Shown here: positions 60,270-64,000 of the stretch, in pieces
How positions within the stretch are numbered: position 1 is the stretch's first letter
Layout: every line of letters begins with the position of its first letter
IMG/VR virus record: IMGVR_UViG_3300033181_000231
Strand: one strand, 5' to 3'
Length of the DNA: 64,000 nucleotides
Source: a virus
Made by a program: the position numbers and the translations under genes
The notes under the pieces: generated by a model
Database searches by the model: none
Told to the model about the DNA's origin: nothing
The model's input: the letters and a program-made list of their open reading frames with translations, nothing else

Positions 60270-60440
60270 ATGGCAGAAGAATGGAAATACCGAACAGTGC
60301 GACTCAGGCGGTGGGCGTGGGAGGCGTTGGCGCAACTAGCGCAGCGTGAGAACAGAACGCAACTGGAGCAAGCGCGACACCTTATAGAGGATGGGCTACG
60401 GCGCCAGGGTTTTGAGGAGAAGAAAGAGACCGACAAGTGA
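60270..60440 (+). CDS. Arc/CopG-like ribbon-helix-helix repressor
   Basis: 'YRTVRLRRWAWEALAQLAQRENRT..EQARHLIEDGL'. Confidence 0.75.
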   Translation: MAEEWKYRTVRLRRWAWEALAQLAQRENRTQLEQARHLIEDGLRRQGFEEKKETDK

Positions 60441-60901
60441 CGAACATTGCCGATATCAATCCGCTAGACTTGCCGAGCATGACGCTTGAGAATCGTGGTC
60501 GCCTTCCCAATTGCGCAGCAGTGTATTTTGTAATAGATAACAGCAACACTGTTTTGTATATCGGCCAGACCATCTCGCTTGTGCGCCGATGGATGGCGCA
60601 CCATCGCGCAAAGGAGCTGCTTGGATTTGAGTCCGCACGCATTGCTTGGCTTGAAGTGAGTGACACCAGCCTTCTTGCTGGTATTGAGCGGGCTTGCATT
60701 GACCATTTCGCGCCATATCTAAACCAACCTAACGGGGATCTAGACAAGCCCCTAACGGTACGCCTATCCTATCGACTGCATGAGCTTGTTAAGGAACGTG
60801 CCCGGGCAGCGCGACGTAAGCCAGCCGATTGGATACGCTATGCCATTGAGGAGCAAGCCGAGCGCGAACGCCTGGACGAAGATAAAAGGTCAAAGCCGTG
60901 A
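60437..60901 (+). CDS. GIY-YIG nuclease fused to a C-terminal RHH
   Basis: 'AVYFVID...VLYIGQT..L.RRW..HHR', 'IERACIDHF.PYLN', then 'LTVRLSYRLHELVKERA...PADWIRYAI'. Confidence 0.8.
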   Translation: MTNIADINPLDLPSMTLENRGRLPNCAAVYFVIDNSNTVLYIGQTISLVRRWMAHHRAKELLGFESARIAWLEVSDTSLLAGIERACIDHFAPYLNQPNGDLDKPLTVRLSYRLHELVKERARAARRKPADWIRYAIEEQAERERLDEDKRSKP

Positions 60902-61356
60902 ACAAAGATGAAGCCATGGCGCGCATTAGTCAACTGACCAAGGCGGCCAACCTGACCATGGAGGCGCTGAAGTTCGTCGACACGATGCTCACCCAGTGGC
61001 CGGCCGACGATGCCGCGCCTCACGCCATCGACCGCGCCGCTGTCTCCCTGCTGGCCAAAGAGATGCGCAACACGGCCGAGCACGTCGTGGCGACGCGCAA
61101 TGCGCTGACCCAGGAGATGTACAAGGGACGGTACGACTCCGCTGAAACCGCCCCTATGTACAGGTTGCCCGCCAACCTGTATGGCGCGCAACAGGCCTTT
61201 TCCTGTGTTGAGTGTGGCGGATCCGGGATAGATCGGAGCGACGGTGTACGCTGCTCCGTGTGTGGCGGCTCAGGGGCCGTGTTCGGCTACAAGGCGGCGC
61301 GCGGCGCCCTCTCCCGCTCCGCCGACGCATCCGATGCCGAGGAGACGACGCTATGA
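60898..61356 (+). CDS. Protein with a DnaJ-type CxxCxGxG zinc finger
   Basis: 'CVECGGSG...CSVCGGSG'. Confidence 0.65.
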   Translation: MNKDEAMARISQLTKAANLTMEALKFVDTMLTQWPADDAAPHAIDRAAVSLLAKEMRNTAEHVVATRNALTQEMYKGRYDSAETAPMYRLPANLYGAQQAFSCVECGGSGIDRSDGVRCSVCGGSGAVFGYKAARGALSRSADASDAEETTL

Positions 61357-61574
61357 CCGAGCCCGTCCTCTACGACGCGATCATCTGGGATTACGGCACG
61401 TCGGTCCATATCTCCGCTCAGTGCAACGTCGATCGGCCACGCGGCCATGCTTGGGGTGACGCATCGGCCAGCGCGTGCCTACGCTACATGGACGAACACA
61501 TCATCCCAAGCTACTACGGGCGACCGGGACAGGCGCGTCGCGTCAGTTATCGACGGCAGGGACAGGTGCTATGA
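61353..61574 (+). CDS. Hypothetical protein
   Basis: ATGA coupling. Confidence 0.5.
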   Translation: MTEPVLYDAIIWDYGTSVHISAQCNVDRPRGHAWGDASASACLRYMDEHIIPSYYGRPGQARRVSYRRQGQVL

Positions 61575-61747
61575 GCACACACGTCCTCTGCGAGTCCTGC
61601 GCGGCCCGCGTCCCCCTCGACGCCGTGACGTGGGACCAGGGCCACGGCTTTTGCCGCATATGCTGGAAGACGGGCGCGCACAAACGCGCGCGGTACGCGC
61701 CCGCCCAGGATGCCAGGGAGGACAAGGAGCGGCGTAAGGCGGGGTAG
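61571..61747 (+). CDS. Small CxxC-CxxC protein
   Basis: 'CESC...CRIC'. ATGA coupling. Confidence 0.5.
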   Translation: MSTHVLCESCAARVPLDAVTWDQGHGFCRICWKTGAHKRARYAPAQDAREDKERRKAG

Positions 61748-61767
61748 CGTGGAGAGGAGATAGGGCA

Positions 61768-61968
61768 ATGGACGGGCACGCGCGCATGGACTGGGTCTGC
61801 ACGATTCTGGAGTATGTGTCCCGACAGCAGCAATGGGGCATGAAGGATGTCGACATGCTCCGCAAACTTCTGACGAATACGGGCCTCGATTCGCAGGTGA
61901 ACGAAGAGATCTGGTTGCGGCGGTGGTATGGGGAACCGCTGCACGTCGATGAGGACATCATTAGGTAG
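61768..61968 (+). CDS. Hypothetical protein
   Basis: GAGGAG RBS. Confidence 0.5.
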   Translation: MDGHARMDWVCTILEYVSRQQQWGMKDVDMLRKLLTNTGLDSQVNEEIWLRRWYGEPLHVDEDIIR

Positions 61969-62006
61969 CGTGGAGTCGGGACGGGAAATAGCGTGGAGGG
62001 TTACAG

Positions 62007-62237
62007 ATGTACGTTCGTGTTTACTGCCTGTACTGCGGGAACGTCGCGCTACCTGAGCGTATGGCTGGCGACAATACCCTCTACGAGTTGGCCTGCTCGG
62101 CATGCGATGAGCCTCTCGTGTCTCTACGCATTGACAGCATCGCGCCCACGCGCGAGCGATTATCTGATCACGTGCCCGCGGGGACGGCGTACATGCTCTA
62201 TGCCGACCCCGAGACGGGCGAGGTCTCTATTGAATAG
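62007..62237 (+). CDS. Small zinc-ribbon protein
   Basis: GGAGG RBS. 'CLYCG...CSAC'. Confidence 0.55.
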   Translation: MYVRVYCLYCGNVALPERMAGDNTLYELACSACDEPLVSLRIDSIAPTRERLSDHVPAGTAYMLYADPETGEVSIE

Positions 62238-62293
62238 ACGAGGCAACATCATGCTCAGCGAATCTAACAAATAGCCGGGAGGGGGAGCGGATT

Positions 62294-62599
62294 ATGAGTG
62301 ACCAGTCGGCGATACCGCGCTACCAGCATACGTCCTACGCGTGGGAACGCGGGTACGCCGTGGAAACCGTCTCGGACGGGCGGGTTTTAGTGTATCGGTG
62401 CCCGCGCACGCACATTTACCGTATCCCGGTGCGCGGCCCGTTTCCCGAGGTCGTGTGGGCGTGGTACTACGGGGAGTCGGTGACAATCGGCGGATTGGAC
62501 GAAGCGCACTATTGGGCACTCGCGCAAGTAGAGAGGGGACTGCTGCCCAGAGGCGATGCCGCCCGCCCGCTCGCCCCGGCGTGCCTCGCGCATCCGTGA
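62294..62599 (+). CDS. Hypothetical protein
   Basis: GGAG RBS. Confidence 0.5.
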   Translation: MSDQSAIPRYQHTSYAWERGYAVETVSDGRVLVYRCPRTHIYRIPVRGPFPEVVWAWYYGESVTIGGLDEAHYWALAQVERGLLPRGDAARPLAPACLAHP

Positions 62600-62683
62600 G
62601 AAAATGAGTTTGCCGCGCATGCGTTTTCGTGTGTTTACGGTCGAAAAACAGGGTTAACATCAGTGGTGAAGGGGGTCATCACC

Positions 62684-62905
62684 ATGACTGATCGCGTACA
62701 ACACAACGCCGATGGATCGCTGGATGAAGTTGTCGTAAGCGCCTGCGATGTTCACCTCGAGCACATGAATGACGGCGCGTGGTGGATAGGGATAACGCGC
62801 GACGGGAAAACGATGCATCTCTGGCTCGTCAACGACAAGCGCGGCCGGCCAACTGTCACGGTGACGGACGATGAAATCGGCATCCCCGTCACGCACGAGG
62901 GCTAG
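62684..62905 (+). CDS. Hypothetical protein
   Basis: 'VHLEHMNDGAWWIGI' globular-looking ORF. Confidence 0.55.
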   Translation: MTDRVQHNADGSLDEVVVSACDVHLEHMNDGAWWIGITRDGKTMHLWLVNDKRGRPTVTVTDDEIGIPVTHEG

Positions 62906-62974
62906 TGCGCAGCCAGCCGGATGAATCAGCGCACCGATTGACGCGCCCCGCTCCTGTTTGCTACCCTACTCATC

Positions 62975-63376
62975 ATGCCTACCCTGCCGCTCCCACCGAC
63001 GCCCCCTGATCCCTTCGCCGCCGCCGCGCGTCTGCTGGCCGCGCACACCGACCGCATCACGGCGCTGGAAGAGCGTGTCAGGGCGCTAGAAGCCGAGCGC
63101 GGTCCCACCCTCGACGACTTCCGACCCATGACGACGCGCGAGGCGGCCGACCTACTGCGCGTCTCCCCCACCTTCGTCCTTACCCTCATCGAGCGCGGCG
63201 TCCTCGCGCGCGTTCCTTTTATGGGGTCACGCGTCCTGATCCCCCGCCAGAGCGTCGTGCGCCTCGTCACGGAGCAATCCACCCCTGACGACCTCGCCGC
63301 TGTAGACAGCCGCTCAGACGCTCCCAACGACGCCGTAGACGCCGTAGACGCCGATCTAGAGAGCGATGGCGGGTAG
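62975..63376 (+). CDS. Excisionase (HTH_17)
   Basis: 'MTTREAADLLRVSPTFVLTLIERGVL...RVLIPRQSV'. Directly upstream of the integrase. Confidence 0.8.
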   Translation: MPTLPLPPTPPDPFAAAARLLAAHTDRITALEERVRALEAERGPTLDDFRPMTTREAADLLRVSPTFVLTLIERGVLARVPFMGSRVLIPRQSVVRLVTEQSTPDDLAAVDSRSDAPNDAVDAVDADLESDGG

Positions 63377-63378
63377 GG

Positions 63379-64000
63379 ATGGCGACAGGTTCTATTCGGC
63401 GCAAGGTGGTCGACACGACGAAGGCAGTGCGCTACGAGGTCGTCGTTGACCTTGGCCCCGACCCCGCGACGGGCAAGCGCCGGCAACGCTCGCGCACGTT
63501 TCCGACCAAGAAGGAAGCGCAGCGCGGCCTGGCGGCGTGGCTGGTAGAGCACCACGTCCGGCCGCAGTCCCACACCACCTACGCGCGCCACGTCCGCCTG
63601 CACATCGTGCCCCGCCTAGGGGCACTGCCCGTCCACAAGTTGACGGCGCCCATCCTCCAGGCCACGTACTCGGCCATGCTCACCGACGGCATGCGCCCGG
63701 TCATGGTGCGCATCTGCCACCGTCAGATCAAGGCGGCGCTGGCGCGCGCGGTGCGCCTGGGTCTCCTGCCGCGCAACGCGGCCGATGCCGTGCGCCCCCC
63801 GCGCGTCCTCCGGTCGCGTATGGTCGCGTGGAGCGCCGACGAGGCCCGGCGCTTCCTGCTCTCGGCGGAGGTGGCGGCCGAACCCGACTACCCGCTCTAC
63901 GCGCTGGCGCTGGGGACCGGCCTGCGGCGCGGCGAACTGCTTGGCCTGATGTGGTCGGACATCGACTGGGGCGATGCCGTGGACCGCGCGGGCGTGCGTA
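63379..64000 (+). CDS. int: Tyrosine recombinase/integrase, 3'-truncated by the window (not in the ORF track)
   Basis: MATGSIRRK...GPDPATGKRRQRSRTFPTKKEAQ (arm-binding), 'HIVPRLG', 'LYALALGTGLRRGELLGL.WSDID'. Confidence 0.95.
   Translation, partial: MATGSIRRKVVDTTKAVRYEVVVDLGPDPATGKRRQRSRTFPTKKEAQRGLAAWLVEHHVRPQSHTTYARHVRLHIVPRLGALPVHKLTAPILQATYSAMLTDGMRPVMVRICHRQIKAALARAVRLGLLPRNAADAVRPPRVLRSRMVAWSADEARRFLLSAEVAAEPDYPLYALALGTGLRRGELLGLMWSDIDWGDAVDRAGVR

Noticed and set aside
1-64000. tRNA/tmRNA att site, diversity-generating retroelement, self-target of the GGY-NN guides
   Set aside because: No tRNA T-loop/acceptor pattern and no reverse transcriptase seen. By-eye checks found only partial gapped matches; a full computational scan is still needed.

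Overview
A high-GC temperate phage region fills about 2.1-64 kb. The host is probably a monoderm such as Chloroflexota or Actinomycetota, which is an inference from integrase style, the Gram-positive-type VirB6 and the GH types. The left flank (1-1.9 kb) carries a 5'-truncated VirB6/TrbL-like conjugation gene. The phage has a leftward early operon, a putative late regulator, TerS/TerL, a DUF935-like portal, a Mu-I-like protease/scaffold, a decoration protein, a gpE-type major capsid protein, a complete contractile tail and baseplate, three large multidomain glycoside hydrolases, lysis candidates, and an excisionase plus tyrosine integrase running off the right edge. No replication module, CRISPR array or tRNA was seen. 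Most notable: (1) A solo Cas7/RAMP-fold gene (26512-27126, minus) is flanked on both sides by non-coding arrays of GGY-NN pentamers that share a 19-nt leader, one ending in a 14-bp hairpin. This looks like an RNA-guided system with a non-contiguous (gapped) code (VIPR-like), inside a 5-kb island splitting the tail operon. (2) A stand-alone antisense fragment paralogous to the phage's own major capsid protein (10474-10980) may be a dominant-negative or decoy capsid. (3) Two tnpA/tnpB-less IS200/IS605 derivatives are present; removing one at exact TTAC/TCAA junctions restores an ORF. (4) There is a circularly permuted GH5 and CBMs inserted within GH barrels. (5) A papain-like C1 peptidase sits in the endolysin position. 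Two in-frame nonsense codons (11098 TAA, 47235 TAG) suggest early decay or sequence error. All family assignments are by-eye motif recognition; no database search was run.
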